Assembly (NCBI GenBank): GCA_964493305.1
Contig: CAZBLW010000001.1
Coordinates: forward strand, 241,484 to 305,483
DNA: 64,000 bases
Source: an uncultured Gammaproteobacteria bacterium
Lineage (GTDB): Bacteria > Patescibacteriota > Patescibacteriia > S139-126
Direction: 5' to 3'
The translations under genes were made by a program, and so were the position numbers. The notes under the pieces are model-generated. The model ran no database searches. It saw nothing but the letters and a program-made list of their open reading frames with translations, and was not told the origin of the DNA. Each line of letters starts with the position of its first letter. Positions within the stretch are counted from its first letter, which is position 1. This document shows positions 18,506 through 27,982 of the stretch, in pieces.

Positions 18506-19030
18506 ATGGATATTATTTCCCACGGGCTTTGGGGTGGAATTGCTTTTGGTCGGCAACGAAAAAGCCATTATTATTTAGCGGTTCTTTTTGGTTTAGCGCC
18601 TGATCTATTATCTTTTGGAATTTTTACCATTCTGGTTTGGTTGGGACTAGCACAGGGTGTTGATTGGTCAAATGGCGTGCCACCAATGAGCGCTATACCC
18701 AATTATGTTCACCAACTTTATAATCTTACCCATAGTTTATTAGTAGCAATTTTTGTGATTGGATTGTTTATCTTAGTAACTAAAGGTAAAGTTTGGTTTA
18801 TGTTAGCTTGGCCGTTACATATAATTTTAGATATTTTTACCCATAGTACTGAATTTTTTCCCACACCTTGGTTGTGGCCGGTGGCTGATTACTATATCAA
18901 TGGCATAGCTTGGAGTACACCTTGGGTATTTATGCTTAACTGGATTTTATTGCTAATCGCATATTTACTGTTTGCTGGTTATAAAATTTTTAAAAAAACT
19001 AATCATGAAAAATTACGCCAAAGTCGGTAA
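18506..19030 (+). CDS. membrane-bound metal-dependent hydrolase (YdjM-like)
   Basis: MDIISH, PDL, THSL, HIILDIFTH, LWP. Confidence 0.75.
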   Translation: MDIISHGLWGGIAFGRQRKSHYYLAVLFGLAPDLLSFGIFTILVWLGLAQGVDWSNGVPPMSAIPNYVHQLYNLTHSLLVAIFVIGLFILVTKGKVWFMLAWPLHIILDIFTHSTEFFPTPWLWPVADYYINGIAWSTPWVFMLNWILLLIAYLLFAGYKIFKKTNHEKLRQSR

Positions 19031-19112
19031 GAGAAAAATGCGTCCAGCTTTTCGTACACCCGCCAGTTACCGTTTTAGGTCTAGTTTAAAAAAACGATCT
19101 TATCCTAAATAA
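19005..19112 (+). CDS. putative 35-aa highly basic small protein
   Basis: MKNYAKVGKRKMRPAFRTPASYRFRSSLKKRSYPK; fills the gap, ending 6 nt before the next ATG. Confidence 0.4.
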   Translation: MKNYAKVGKRKMRPAFRTPASYRFRSSLKKRSYPK

Positions 19113-19118
19113 TTATTT

Positions 19119-19874
19119 ATGCCAGTCAATAAATTTAGAAAGAAAAATTTATTTGCCACAAATAGTCAGGAACCATTTAAATTGTCCCGATCAAAACTGG
19201 AATTATTTATTGAGTGCCCACGTTGTTTTTATTTGGATAGAAAATTAGGCGTTTCTAGGCCGGCTTCATTTCCGTTTACATTAAACAATGCCGTTGATGT
19301 TTTGTTGAAAAAAGAGTTTGACATTCATCGAGTTAAGAACCAAGCGCATCCCATGATGGCTGCTTATCATATTGCCGCAGTCCCTTTTGATCATCCCAAC
19401 ATGGATAAGTGGCGCCATAATTTTACTGGCATTCAATACTTAGATAAGTCTAAAAATCTTCTCATTTACGGGGCGATTGATGATGTTTGGATCAACCAAC
19501 AGCAGGAGCTGATGATTGTTGATTACAAAGCTACTGCTACTGACGGTGAGATTACTCTAGACACTGATTATCGCCAAGGTTATAAACGCCAAATGGAAAT
19601 TTACCAATGGTTGTTTCGTCAGAATGGTTTCAAGGTTTCTCAGACTGGTTATTTTGTCTATGCCAATGGCCAAAAAGACAGACAGGCCTTTGATGGTCGG
19701 TTAGATTTCACTGTTGAGATAATTCCTTATCAAGGAGATGACAGTTGGGTAAGCGGCACTATTGATCAGGCATACCAATGTTTGGTAGGTAAAATTATAC
19801 CACCAGCATCTTCAACCTGTAGTTATTGCCAGTATCGTCAATCAGCCCACCAGGTGGAAAAAGAAAAACCCTGA
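19119..19874 (+). CDS. PD-(D/E)XK nuclease (RecB/Cas4-like)
   Basis: LSRSK..F.ECPRCFY, GAIDD, VDYK, Q..IY, C-terminal CSYC. Confidence 0.88.
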   Translation: MPVNKFRKKNLFATNSQEPFKLSRSKLELFIECPRCFYLDRKLGVSRPASFPFTLNNAVDVLLKKEFDIHRVKNQAHPMMAAYHIAAVPFDHPNMDKWRHNFTGIQYLDKSKNLLIYGAIDDVWINQQQELMIVDYKATATDGEITLDTDYRQGYKRQMEIYQWLFRQNGFKVSQTGYFVYANGQKDRQAFDGRLDFTVEIIPYQGDDSWVSGTIDQAYQCLVGKIIPPASSTCSYCQYRQSAHQVEKEKP

Positions 19875-19895
19875 AATGATTTCAGGGTTTATTTT
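19865..19895. terminator. bidirectional terminator
   Basis: aaaccctgaaat-g-atttcagggttt. Confidence 0.7.
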
Positions 19896-19906
19896 TAAGT
19901 AGAGAT

Positions 19907-20101
19907 TTAATTTAAATTGAATTCACATTCACGGGCAGCAATATTTTGTGGATACTGCGGTTCAGATGTTTGAGTTTTTATATTAGTTAAGTCCAGTTTA
20001 TTTAATTTTGTTTGTTTTTTGTTTTTTTTAATTGGTGTGTAAAAAGAAAAAAACAATACTAGTCCAACAACTGGAAACCAAAAAAGTTTTTTGTGATTCA
20101 T
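19907..20101 (-). CDS. orphan small protein with N-terminal hydrophobic segment
   Basis: 64 aa; SD AAGGAGA; upstream TTGACA and TTCTTTAATAA. Confidence 0.55.
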   Translation of the reverse strand: MNHKKLFWFPVVGLVLFFSFYTPIKKNKKQTKLNKLDLTNIKTQTSEPQYPQNIAARECEFNLN

Positions 20102-20242
20102 TTCATCTCCTTAAATTTTGGAAGTTATTAAAGAATTAATTATCTATTATTGTATATTTTTTTAGATTTGTCAATAGTAATCAGTTGCTGATTTCAATAT
20201 TTATGGGAACAAGCTATAATATAAATAATAATTAATACAAAT

Positions 20243-20725
20243 ATGAAAAACATTAAATTATTGCAAGGTACGCAAATATTTTTATTGGCGGCCGGTTCTC
20301 TTTATGCCTGGTATATTATTATCCGAGAATTTATTAATTTTTACGCCAATGAAGGCACGATTTTTAAAGTTACCAATTGTATTTATACCAATCCGGTAAC
20401 CACACCTTGTTTTTATGGGGGTTTAGGTTTTTTGGTAGCACTAAGTTGGGCCTGGTATATTTGGTCCATAACCGACCAAGTTAAAGATTTAACCATGAGA
20501 ATTTGGCATACTTGGTTTGTATTAGGCTGTACAATTTTTGCTTGGAGTATAGTTTCTTGGGAATGGTGGCAAATAAAACAAGCTGCCGGTCAGCCCGTAG
20601 CCGGTTGCAGTGGACTCATGACTTCAATTTTTGATTCTTCTTGTTTGTATGGAGCCAGTTTTTTCTTATTGTCATTACTGACGGGGTGGTATATTTTAAA
20701 TATTCAGAAAAAGAAGACTAGTTGA
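20243..20725 (+). CDS. Cys-containing 4-TM membrane protein
   Basis: Four hydrophobic helices with paired Cys in loops. Confidence 0.7.
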   Translation: MKNIKLLQGTQIFLLAAGSLYAWYIIIREFINFYANEGTIFKVTNCIYTNPVTTPCFYGGLGFLVALSWAWYIWSITDQVKDLTMRIWHTWFVLGCTIFAWSIVSWEWWQIKQAAGQPVAGCSGLMTSIFDSSCLYGASFFLLSLLTGWYILNIQKKKTS

Positions 20726-21120
20726 GAAATCTTAAATATATGCACGGCCATCGTCGCAACCTAATTTTACTAAGCATCTATGTGGTCTTAGCTTTTAGTT
20801 TGTTGTTTAGTTTGGTTTATTTTATTTGGCATTCAACAACAGAAAAAACAAATCCGCAAAATTTTCCTTTGCATCAGTTGGAAAAGTATTTTATTACCGC
20901 TACTGTCCAACAAGTCCATGTCACCGCCCGTGCCTTAGTGGTTGATTATCAAACTAGTACCGGTGTAATCGTCGGTTTACTGCCCGAAGCAAAGTTGTAT
21001 GATAAAAATAAAAAAGAGATAGCACTAAACGATTTAACTGTTGGTAGTAGAGTCAGAATCGAAGTAAAATTTATTGGTACCAATTCTATTTTAGCTGGCA
21101 ATATTTATTTAGTGGATTGA
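20722..21120 (+). CDS. hypothetical membrane-anchored protein (OB-like C-terminus)
   Basis: TM helix, then ALNDLTVGSRVRI pattern. Confidence 0.65.
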   Translation: MRNLKYMHGHRRNLILLSIYVVLAFSLLFSLVYFIWHSTTEKTNPQNFPLHQLEKYFITATVQQVHVTARALVVDYQTSTGVIVGLLPEAKLYDKNKKEIALNDLTVGSRVRIEVKFIGTNSILAGNIYLVD

Positions 21121-21692
21121 ATTTTTTTAAGACCAATAAAATAAATTTCTTTACTGTTTAAGCGACTGGCGTGGGGTTTAAAACGATGGCAACGTAAAAA
21201 AGATTTTTTTATTTGCTGGAAGAAAATTTCCGCTTCTGGACTCATAAATATTTTAGTACAAAAATTACCCCCCGGTACCAATTTTTGTTGGGCAATTTTA
21301 TAAGCTTGTTCAGCTAATTGCAGCGAACGACTACTATCAGTCAAACTGATGCCGCTGGTAGCTGGAGCAGCATCAGACAATATTACCTCAAATGATTGGG
21401 GAAGAGACTTCAGTAGTTGTGGAGAAAAAATATCATGCTGAATTATTTTTAAATTAGGGAGCTTCAAATGCTCAATCGGACTAATATCAACTCCTACCAC
21501 CAGTCCTTTGGGGCCAACAACCTTAGCACAATACTGCAACCAAGAGCCAGGCGCTGCTCCCAGGTCTAATACTTTTTGACCTGTTTTAAATAAGGAATAT
21601 TTTTGGTTTAATTCATCTAGTTTGTAGACCGCCCGGGAGCGAAAGCCTTCGGCTTTGGCTTTTTGGGCAAATTTATCATTAGGTTGGTACAT
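21105..21692 (-). CDS. rlmE: 23S rRNA (Um2552) methyltransferase RlmE/FtsJ
   Basis: AKAEGFRSRAVYKL, LDLGAAPGSW, SDAAP, KP.ASR..SKEIY; true start ATG 21692. Confidence 0.93.
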   Translation of the reverse strand: MYQPNDKFAQKAKAEGFRSRAVYKLDELNQKYSLFKTGQKVLDLGAAPGSWLQYCAKVVGPKGLVVGVDISPIEHLKLPNLKIIQHDIFSPQLLKSLPQSFEVILSDAAPATSGISLTDSSRSLQLAEQAYKIAQQKLVPGGNFCTKIFMSPEAEIFFQQIKKSFLRCHRFKPHASRLNSKEIYFIGLKKIQSTK

Positions 21693-21741
21693 AGAAAATC
21701 GCGTGTTATAATAAATATATAATATCTTATTTTTCTTAGTT

Positions 21742-22290
21742 ATGAAATTGGTAATAATCTTTGGACCGCCGGCTGTTGGTAAATTGACAGTTGGCAGAGA
21801 ATTGGCTAAAAAGTGTGGCTTTAGAATTTTACATAAACAAGAGATTTTTGATTTGCTTGATGATTTTTTCTTTTTTGGAACTGCCGAATATCGCCAAGCT
21901 GATGAGGGAATTAGAGAATTGATTATCAAAACCGCAGTCAAACAAAAACATTTGTCTGGACTGATTATGACTTTTGTCTGGGCATTCAATGATCAGCGCG
22001 ATATGGATTTTATGAAACGAGTTTTACAATTGGCTAAAAAAAATAAAATCGAAGTATATTTTGTTGAATTACAATCCAGTGAATCAGAGCGCAAAGCTAG
22101 GGTAACTAGTGAAACCAGAAAAGAAATGAACAAAGTAGCCACCATCAAAGGTTTGGCAGCCTTGGAAAAAGACAAAGATTTTAGTTCTGATGTTGATTAT
22201 TTTGTTGATAAAAATTATTTAAAATTGGACAACACTGTTCTTAGCGCAGAAAAATGTGCAGAATTAATTACTGAACATTTTAAATTTTAA
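21742..22290 (+). CDS. P-loop kinase/AAA_33-like protein
   Basis: IFGPPAVGKLTVGREL Walker A. Confidence 0.8.
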   Translation: MKLVIIFGPPAVGKLTVGRELAKKCGFRILHKQEIFDLLDDFFFFGTAEYRQADEGIRELIIKTAVKQKHLSGLIMTFVWAFNDQRDMDFMKRVLQLAKKNKIEVYFVELQSSESERKARVTSETRKEMNKVATIKGLAALEKDKDFSSDVDYFVDKNYLKLDNTVLSAEKCAELITEHFKF

Positions 22291-22298
22291 ATTGTTTT

Positions 22299-22916
22299 AT
22301 GTTAGATATAACTACCAGTATTTTCTTTTTTTTAATAATTATTGCCTCAGCGATAATTCACGAGTACATGCACGGTTGGGCAGCCGAACGTTTGGGGGAT
22401 AATACTGCCCGGCAAGCTGGTCGCTTGACTCTCAATCCTATACCGCATATTGATCCGATGGGAACAATTTTTGTACCTCTTTTATTACTATTAATACAGA
22501 GTAATTTTTTGATTGGCTGGGCTAAACCAGTACCTTATAATCCGTTTAATTTAAGGAATCGTCGTTGGGGCGAAGCACTGGTGGCAGCGGCTGGACCGGC
22601 AGTTAATTTATTTATTGCTGTTGTGTTAGGTTTGATAATTAGGTTGGCACCACCCTCCATTTTTACTGCTTTTTTATCTAAAATTGTATTTTTAAACATA
22701 TTATTGGCCATATTTAATCTAGTACCAATTCCACCACTGGATGGATCAAAAATTTTATTTTCTTTATTACCTGACAATAAATTTTGGTGGCGGTTTAAAA
22801 TAAATGTCGAACGTTATGGCATGGTCTTGGTCTTATTATTTGTCTTTTTTTTATGGTCAGCGATTGCTCCGGTGATTCAAAGTTTATATCAACTATTGGT
22901 GGGTAGTAATTTTTAA
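22299..22916 (+). CDS. site-2 protease (M50 family)
   Basis: HEYMH, AAGP..N, FNLVPIPPLDG. Confidence 0.93.
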   Translation: MLDITTSIFFFLIIIASAIIHEYMHGWAAERLGDNTARQAGRLTLNPIPHIDPMGTIFVPLLLLLIQSNFLIGWAKPVPYNPFNLRNRRWGEALVAAAGPAVNLFIAVVLGLIIRLAPPSIFTAFLSKIVFLNILLAIFNLVPIPPLDGSKILFSLLPDNKFWWRFKINVERYGMVLVLLFVFFLWSAIAPVIQSLYQLLVGSNF

Positions 22917-22975
22917 TTGAAAAAAAAGTAATTTTTGGTTATTTTTAATAAGTAGAAGTTTAAATTTTCATTTTT

Positions 22976-24643
22976 ATGAGTGCTGATAAAGAGAAGAAAA
23001 TTTCATCATTTTTGGCTTGGTCAGGAATTGTTTTTACTTTTGTTTTTGCTTTATTTTGTATTTTAGTTACGTTTATTCCCAGTACCCGCAGTGCTCTCAA
23101 TGACAATATTTCCGGTTGGAGTTGGTCACCACTACTCAGTGGCACCTTAGGTAGTTACACTGGTTCTGGTTTTGGATTAGTATCTTTCAATGATTGTTAC
23201 TGCACCGTAGCCAGATCAGGACTAATTTGCGGTTTTTTACCCGATGTACCCTGTGTCAGTGATAAGGGCTTAGGTTTTGCTCCTTATGGTTTGCGGGTTG
23301 ATTTACAAACCAGGCAAATTACTGGTTGGGTGTGGAGTCAGGGAGTAGGTTGGATTTGTTTTGGTGATAGTTGCCGTAGTGATGGAGCTGGTCGAGATCA
23401 TACTACTGATTTCAAGGGTGATGTATGGGAACCAACCAACCCCAATTTAACCGTTACTTATCCGGCTGATCAAAATCCAGCGCCAATTTCCGGTTGGGCC
23501 AAAATTATCAGTTGGGAGCGTTTGGGTGACGGTCAGCTAGCTTGGATTTCCCTGCGGGGAGAAACCACCGATGACGGATCTGCCTATGGACTGCGTTTTT
23601 CTACCAGCACTTTAGAGATCAGAGGTCTAGGTTGGAGTGGTATGAGTATAAATAATTGGTATGATCCCGCTACACCTTTAAATGGCGCTTTGCCTTATGC
23701 TGGCTACGGTTGGTTTTGTATCAATGAAGAATACACCGGTCCGCCCAATCCAATTTTTACCAATCGGGGACTTTGTCCTAGTACCGGAGTACAAATAGCT
23801 GTGCCTTATGTGCAAACAGTTGATGGCGATGTGTATTCGCAAACCAATATCTCACCCGACCTAGCAGCGCCCAGCGGTCATTATAATGCTACCTATTTGA
23901 TTATGGCTGGTGGTAATATTCAAAATTTTAGTAGTGAAGAAATAGATTCTACCTTTAATCCGGGTGAATATTCTTTGTCCAATTTTCCTTATAATATTTC
24001 TTTACCCAAAGCCAGTAGTAATTTTTTCAATGTCCTGGGTTATTTGGATATTCCAGGAATTTCTTATAATGGCGCCAATAAATACGGCGGAGTTTATTAT
24101 ATCAGCGGCAACTGGCCAATCAATGGTGATATAACTTATCCCAATACTAGATATATTATTGATAATGGTGATTTAACTATTGGTTCAGCTTCAGGTGATC
24201 CTGGTACCACTAGATACACCAGAGGAAATACCACTTTTGTAGTTGATGGTGATTTATATATTGTCAAAAATATTACTTATGCTCAAACCGCAGTAACTGA
24301 TTTTAGAGATTTACCGTCTGTAGCCTATATTGTCAGAGGTGATGTTCATATTTCGCCGGGTGTGACTGAGGTAGCTGGTAATTTTATAGTATTGGGTGCT
24401 GATGGCGTAAATTGTGATGCCGTACATTGTGGGACGATTTATACTGGCAACAGTGAAAATCCTCTGGTAGTGAACGGCATTATGATGGCTAAAAAATTTG
24501 TTTTTGAAAGAAAATATGCCACTGTTTTAAATCAAGCCTCCGAACAGGTAATTTATGATGGGCGTTTGCTTATCAATACACCCCCAGGTTTACAGGACTT
24601 TGCCAAGGGACTGCCGATTTGGTCAGAAGTCGCTCCTAAATGA
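22976..24643 (+). CDS. secreted Cys/Trp/Gly-rich protein heading the type IV pilus locus
   Basis: N-terminal TM/signal; repeated GWxWS/GWI motifs; C-terminal GDLYI/GDVHI repeats. Confidence 0.75.
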   Translation: MSADKEKKISSFLAWSGIVFTFVFALFCILVTFIPSTRSALNDNISGWSWSPLLSGTLGSYTGSGFGLVSFNDCYCTVARSGLICGFLPDVPCVSDKGLGFAPYGLRVDLQTRQITGWVWSQGVGWICFGDSCRSDGAGRDHTTDFKGDVWEPTNPNLTVTYPADQNPAPISGWAKIISWERLGDGQLAWISLRGETTDDGSAYGLRFSTSTLEIRGLGWSGMSINNWYDPATPLNGALPYAGYGWFCINEEYTGPPNPIFTNRGLCPSTGVQIAVPYVQTVDGDVYSQTNISPDLAAPSGHYNATYLIMAGGNIQNFSSEEIDSTFNPGEYSLSNFPYNISLPKASSNFFNVLGYLDIPGISYNGANKYGGVYYISGNWPINGDITYPNTRYIIDNGDLTIGSASGDPGTTRYTRGNTTFVVDGDLYIVKNITYAQTAVTDFRDLPSVAYIVRGDVHISPGVTEVAGNFIVLGADGVNCDAVHCGTIYTGNSENPLVVNGIMMAKKFVFERKYATVLNQASEQVIYDGRLLINTPPGLQDFAKGLPIWSEVAPK

Positions 24644-24699
24644 TTTCATAAAAATTAAAAAATATGGTATAATTTAGTTCAAGAAACCATTATTATTTC

Positions 24700-25851
24700 A
24701 TGCCATTTTTTAACAAAAAATCTAAAAGTTATATTGGTGTTGATTTGGGTACGGCGGGGATAAAAATTGTTGAGCTCGCTAATGCCAAGGGGCACGCTAA
24801 ACTGCTTACCTACGGGATAGTTGAGAGTAGTGGCGATATTGTCCGTTCCAATGCTCCAGAAACCGTCAATAAAGTCGTGGAATTGTTGCAGGATATTACT
24901 AAAAAATCCCGAGTAACTACGGATTTAGCCGTGGCAGCTTTGCCGGCTTTTTCAGTTTTTAGCTCGATTTTGTCATTACCACCCATGCCCAAAAGTGATC
25001 TCGCTCAAGCCGTCAAATGGGAAGCAAAAAAGTTCGTTCCTATGCCCCTGGATGAAATGATTTTAGATTGGAAGTTATTGCGCCAAGTTTCTGAGGTGTC
25101 AAATGAAGAAACGGCACCAGAAAATAAAGCAAATAATGAACAAAATATTGATTTAGTGGAAAATAATACAGAGGACAAAAAAAGTGATAAGCGTCAAGAA
25201 ATAAACAGTAAACAAAATTATCGCGTACTAATCACCGCTGCACCAAAAAATTTAGTTGCTCGTTATTTGGAAATTTTCAAAAAAGCCGGTTTAAAATTGA
25301 TCAGTTTAGAAACAGAATCATTTGCCCTGGCTCGTAGTTTATTTTTTGGTTCTAAATTGCCGATTATGATAATTGATATTGGTTCTTTGACTACAGCCAT
25401 CAGTATTGTCGAAGACGGTGTACCTATTTTAAATCGTAGTTTAGATGTGGGTGGAGCCACTCTTACTCAAGCCATTGCCACCAGTTTAAATATTGATCGT
25501 AGAAGGGCAGAACAGTTTAAACGTGATATCGGTATAGCCCAAACCAATGCTGCTAGCGGTATACCCAAGGTAATTGAAAGAGCTCTAAATCCGGTGGTCA
25601 ATGAAGTAAAATATTCGCTTAATTTATATCAGAGTCAAACCGCCATCAGCGTGGAAAAAGCAATCTTGATTGGTGGTAGTGCCTTTTTACCAAATTTAAC
25701 TGATTATTTATCCCAAGTGCTAAATTTAAATGTTTTTGTCGGTGATCCCTGGTTTCGCGTGTCCTATCCCGAAGATTTAAAATTAGTCTTGGAAGAGGTT
25801 GGTCCCAGATTGGCAGTAGCCACCGGACTAGCTATGCGCGATATTGATTAA
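24700..25851 (+). CDS. pilM: type IV pilus assembly protein PilM
   Basis: IGVDLG...IKIVEL, IIDIGS.TT, GG..LT.AI, AVATGLAMR. Confidence 0.93.
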   Translation: MPFFNKKSKSYIGVDLGTAGIKIVELANAKGHAKLLTYGIVESSGDIVRSNAPETVNKVVELLQDITKKSRVTTDLAVAALPAFSVFSSILSLPPMPKSDLAQAVKWEAKKFVPMPLDEMILDWKLLRQVSEVSNEETAPENKANNEQNIDLVENNTEDKKSDKRQEINSKQNYRVLITAAPKNLVARYLEIFKKAGLKLISLETESFALARSLFFGSKLPIMIIDIGSLTTAISIVEDGVPILNRSLDVGGATLTQAIATSLNIDRRRAEQFKRDIGIAQTNAASGIPKVIERALNPVVNEVKYSLNLYQSQTAISVEKAILIGGSAFLPNLTDYLSQVLNLNVFVGDPWFRVSYPEDLKLVLEEVGPRLAVATGLAMRDID

Positions 25852-25855
25852 GATT

Positions 25856-27070
25856 ATGTTTGAGAATAATCAACCCAACAATCAAAACGGCAACTTAGAG
25901 AAAGATATCAATTTGTTGCCAGAAAAAATGAGATCAAAAACCCCACCTCGTCCGGTTAGTAGTGGACCAGAACAACCTCGTTATACCAACCCAGTAGGTA
26001 GTAACAATCCAGTCACTTATCAGCAGTTATCATGGTGGCAGAAGTTGATTGGTAAATTAAAAGGTGGTAGTAATGCCAATCTTAGTAGTCCAGTCAGTCG
26101 AGGACAAAACCAAACAACACCTTTGCAAAAGTTGTATGCGCAAACTACCCGGCCAGATCAAGGTAGTAAACCAGTCTATCCAACTAACCCACCCGCTAAT
26201 CCATCTGTAGATATTTCACCAACCACCCAAGTCACTCCGTCACCAAAACCACCCAGTAACAATTTTCCTAGCAGTCAACCGCCAAGTACCGACAAACCTT
26301 TGAGTATGCTGGAAAAAATTGATCAACAACTACAAAAAGGATTACATCTGGGTGAAGATATAAATCAAAATGATGATCAGTACGGAGTAAATTTGATACC
26401 TTCAGACATGGTATCAGAGGTCAATGAACGGAAAATTTTATTTACTTTACTGTATACAGTGATTATTAGTGCGGTAATTTTGGCCGGTGGTTATATTACT
26501 ATTCAGTTTATACAATTACAGGAAGCTAAGAAAATACAAAAATTACAACAAGACATTCAACAAGCGGAAAATGAATTTATTGCCAAATCCGATGATTTGA
26601 AAGCTTTGATAAATTATCAACAAACTTATGACAATATCAGTTTGTTGTTGGATAGTCATATTTATTGGGATAAGTTGTTTAGCTTTTTAGAACAAAATGT
26701 AGCTGACGATGTTTATTTTTTAAATGTTACCGCTGACAGAAATGGTACGGTCAGTATGAGTTTGGTAGCTAAGAGCTATGAAGCTTTAGCCAATCAATAC
26801 CTAATTTTCAAACAAGCCCCAGAAGTGGTATCGATCAATATCAGTAACGCAGTTTTAAGTGAAGACGCTCAAGCCAGTCAAGCACCAGGCGCTTTATCTT
26901 TACTTGAACCTTTGTCAGATTTATCAACTCAAGCAAGTTCAACTGCTAGCTCAACCGCTAGTACTTATGCTGATTTACGAGCTATGATACTTGATTATTA
27001 TGAGACTATGCCGGTTAGTTCTCAAGTCAGCTTAGTATTGGATACCAATATTTTTTATCGAGACAAATAA
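25856..27070 (+). CDS. pilN: PilN-like protein with long Pro-rich N-terminal extension
   Basis: INLLP and VNLIP motifs, TM, coiled coil; follows pilM. Confidence 0.75.
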   Translation: MFENNQPNNQNGNLEKDINLLPEKMRSKTPPRPVSSGPEQPRYTNPVGSNNPVTYQQLSWWQKLIGKLKGGSNANLSSPVSRGQNQTTPLQKLYAQTTRPDQGSKPVYPTNPPANPSVDISPTTQVTPSPKPPSNNFPSSQPPSTDKPLSMLEKIDQQLQKGLHLGEDINQNDDQYGVNLIPSDMVSEVNERKILFTLLYTVIISAVILAGGYITIQFIQLQEAKKIQKLQQDIQQAENEFIAKSDDLKALINYQQTYDNISLLLDSHIYWDKLFSFLEQNVADDVYFLNVTADRNGTVSMSLVAKSYEALANQYLIFKQAPEVVSINISNAVLSEDAQASQAPGALSLLEPLSDLSTQASSTASSTASTYADLRAMILDYYETMPVSSQVSLVLDTNIFYRDK

Positions 27071-27073
27071 TTT

Positions 27074-27697
27074 ATGCCCATCGAACAGAAAAAGAACAAT
27101 ATTTTTATGAAGCTTTTATCCCGTTATATTTATTGGGTAGCGGCTTTGTTGGGTATTGCTTTATTGGCGGTTGGTTATATTTTTCTGTTGCAACCGAAAA
27201 TATTTGAACATCGCGACAATCCTGAACTGACTTTAGAATACCAGCAGTCAGTACTGGACCAGCGACAACAAAAAGTTAAACAACTTAACAATCTAATTAC
27301 TGATTATAAAAGATTACCCGCCAGTCATTTTGCCAAAATCAACGAGCTTTTACCCAGTGCCAATGAAGCCCCAGTTTTATTTACGCATTTGTCAGGTTTA
27401 GCTAAGGCCAATGATTCGGTTTTACTCAATGCCTCAGCTAGTGAATTGGGTGATAAAGATTTAATCACATTGTTGGTGACGGAAGGTGTAACTGCCCCCA
27501 AAGATTTGCGAGTAGTGGAAGTGAACGCAGATTTTTTGGGCAAAGTTGGCAATGATAGTTATAGTTATTTTAAACAGTTGGTAAGTGCTCTCGAAAAAAA
27601 TATTAGACTATTTGATATTCAGTATATTAGTTTTTCACCGGAGTTAGCTAATTTTTCCTTTACCGCCAGAACCTATTATTTGAATAGCCATGAATAA
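27074..27697 (+). CDS. pilO: PilO-like protein
   Basis: TM, coiled coil, LLP, LEKNIRLFDI; position after pilN. Confidence 0.75.
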   Translation: MPIEQKKNNIFMKLLSRYIYWVAALLGIALLAVGYIFLLQPKIFEHRDNPELTLEYQQSVLDQRQQKVKQLNNLITDYKRLPASHFAKINELLPSANEAPVLFTHLSGLAKANDSVLLNASASELGDKDLITLLVTEGVTAPKDLRVVEVNADFLGKVGNDSYSYFKQLVSALEKNIRLFDIQYISFSPELANFSFTARTYYLNSHE

Positions 27698-27980
27698 ACA
27701 AAAAAAGAAAAATATAATAATGCTATCAGTTTTAGCGGTTGTTGCTGCTATCACTGGTTGGGTATTATTTGGACCAAGTGGTAGTGATACCAGTATAACT
27801 GATATTTTTACCACGCCAGTAAATACTAGTCCGGTGGAAACACAAAAATTACCCAGCAAACAAATTTTTGATGAGGGCTTGGAACAAGATCAACGTTTTC
27901 GTGAGTTGGAAGATATGAGAGATTATGTACCAAATACCACTTCAAAAAGTAGAGCTAATCCTTTTGCTCCAATTCGTTAA
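27690..27980 (+). CDS. small membrane protein of the pilus locus (PilP position)
   Basis: N-terminal TM, C-terminal RANPF motif. Confidence 0.65.
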   Translation: MNKQKKKNIIMLSVLAVVAAITGWVLFGPSGSDTSITDIFTTPVNTSPVETQKLPSKQIFDEGLEQDQRFRELEDMRDYVPNTTSKSRANPFAPIR

Positions 27981-27982
27981 CT

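Noticed and set aside
19119-19874. Cas4-like nuclease as evidence of a CRISPR system
   Set aside because: No cas1/cas2 and no repeat-spacer array in the window; stand-alone PD-(D/E)XK nucleases are common
21693-21989. N-terminal extension of RlmE in the ORF track
   Set aside because: Overlaps the divergent kinase gene; RlmE similarity begins at ATG 21692
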